A program made the position numbers and the translations under genes. Source: an uncultured Candidatus Saccharibacteria bacterium (GTDB lineage Bacteria > Patescibacteriota > Saccharimonadia > Saccharimonadales > UBA10212). Taken from it: 64,000 nucleotides of DNA. Numbering within the stretch: position 1 is the first letter of the stretch; every line of letters begins with the position of its first letter. Below, piece by piece: positions 63,173 to 64,000 of this stretch. The notes under the pieces are model-generated. The model searched no databases and had not been told where the DNA came from. It was given only the letters and a program-made list of their open reading frames with translations. The stretch lies in NCBI GenBank assembly GCA_964483315.1, contig CAZAAL010000002.1:8689-72688 (forward strand), written 5' to 3'.

Positions 63173-64000
63173 ATGGAAATGGATTTCAAACAACTAGCAG
63201 TGGCAATCAAAACCATCGCTGAAGAAAAAAACCTAGACGAAGATCAGGTGCAAGAAATCGTCGAGCAGGCGCTAGCAGCTGCCTATCGGCGTGATTATGG
63301 CGAACGAGAACAAGAAGTTCGAGTAACTATGAACCTAAACACAGGCGACGTCACAGCTTTTATCACCAAAGAAATTGTCGATGAGGTCGAAGATGATCTA
63401 GTCCAGATAAGCCAAAAAGACGCCAGTGTTATGCGTAAAAACGCCAAGGTTGGCGAAACAATCGAAATAGCCCAAGAGGTTAAAGAATTCGGTCGGGTTG
63501 CAGCCCAAACCGCCAAGCAGGTTATTTTACAAAGACTACGCGAAGCCGAGCGCGAAATCGTCTTAGCCGAATACGAAGATAAAATCGGAACAATAGTTAA
63601 TGGTGTTGTACAGCGCGCCGAAGGTCGGATTGTACGTGTGGAGCTAGGTAAAGCTCAAGGCATCATGCCAGCCAGTGAACAAATTCAAGGCGAGCGCTAT
63701 TACCCGGGTCAACGCCTAAAATTCTTCTTAAAAGATGTCGAAAAAGGCTTTAGAGGCCCACAACTTGTAGTTAGTCGCGGTAATAAAGAATTTGTCGAAC
63801 AACTGTTTAGAGCCGAAGTTCCAGAGATGGAGCCAGGTGCAGTCGAAATCAAAGAGATCGCCCGCGAAGCTGGAGTCCGCTCAAAGATCGCCGTAACATC
63901 CAATGTTCAAGGAGTCGATCCGGTCGGAACATTTGTTGGTGGTCATGGCACTCGCATAAATGCGGTTCGTGACGAAATTGGCAACCAAGAGATGATCGAC
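63173..64000 (+). CDS. nusA: Transcription termination/antitermination factor NusA (3' end outside the window)
   Basis: Hand translation gives MEMDFKQLAVAIKTIAEEKNLDEDQV...IGTIVNGVVQRAEGRIVRVELGKAQGIMPASEQ (S1 domain)...VSRGNKEFVEQLF..EVPEM..GAVEIKEIAREAGVRSKIAV..VDPVGTFVGGHGTRINAV (KH domain). The frame is open to base 64000, which is why the ORF track omits it. Confidence 0.92.
   Translation, partial: MEMDFKQLAVAIKTIAEEKNLDEDQVQEIVEQALAAAYRRDYGEREQEVRVTMNLNTGDVTAFITKEIVDEVEDDLVQISQKDASVMRKNAKVGETIEIAQEVKEFGRVAAQTAKQVILQRLREAEREIVLAEYEDKIGTIVNGVVQRAEGRIVRVELGKAQGIMPASEQIQGERYYPGQRLKFFLKDVEKGFRGPQLVVSRGNKEFVEQLFRAEVPEMEPGAVEIKEIAREAGVRSKIAVTSNVQGVDPVGTFVGGHGTRINAVRDEIGNQEMID

Noticed and set aside
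62995-63216. A minus-strand 73-aa ORF in the nusA leader, and minus-strand ORFs at 63295-63516 and 63709-63903
   Set aside because: They are antisense to the nusA leader and coding sequence. The plus-strand frame gives an unmistakable NusA protein.
1-64000. CRISPR arrays, rRNA genes and tRNA genes
   Set aside because: I saw no regularly spaced direct repeats and no tRNA-like cloverleaf or rRNA signature segments in the intergenic regions. A tRNAscan or Infernal run would be needed to exclude small RNAs formally.

Overview
The window looks like a chromosomal segment of a small-genome bacterium with roughly 40% GC. It is most likely a Patescibacteria/CPR organism of the Saccharibacteria (TM7) type. 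That placement is an inference from gene content: split transketolase, a cyoABCDE quinol oxidase as the only respiratory module, gatCAB, a PilB ATPase, and tightly packed, often overlapping genes.

Layout:
(i) 1-11.5 kb is an accessory, phage-derived region. It holds a 5'-truncated type II N6-adenine methyltransferase, a PD-(D/E)xK endonuclease candidate and a helicase IV-like helicase-nuclease. Convergent to these is an orphan phage packaging module (ParB-methyltransferase, TerS-like, TerL) with no portal or capsid genes. A LexA/S24-family repressor then heads a three-gene operon with two unknown proteins.
(ii) 11.6-46.8 kb is core genome: membrane proteins, GT4 glycosyltransferase, MFS and RND transporters, cyo operon plus a Fur-family regulator, rmuC, pheST, Grx-like/trxB, ppa, rel, a gap-rpiB-rpe-tkt(N/C)-fba-kinase cluster, and uvrB.
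(iii) 46.8-47.5 kb is the most unusual element. A cassette of about 680 bp at about 58% GC sits between uvrB and gatC. It is bracketed by a perfect 15-bp inverted repeat. It carries two overlapping small ORFs (102 and 94 aa) of no family I recognise, with their own Shine-Dalgarno site and a GC-rich terminator hairpin.
(iv) 47.6-64 kb holds gatC-gatA-(membrane HEPN-like ORF)-gatB, DUF948-like/YtxH, dnaE, a CAP-domain protein, a SpoU-type methyltransferase, pilB, rplS, rnhB, yraN, pepF and a 3'-truncated nusA. The nusA gene is absent from the ORF track because it runs off the window.

I recognised no rRNA, tRNA or CRISPR array by eye. All similarity statements come from motif recognition only; no database search was run.
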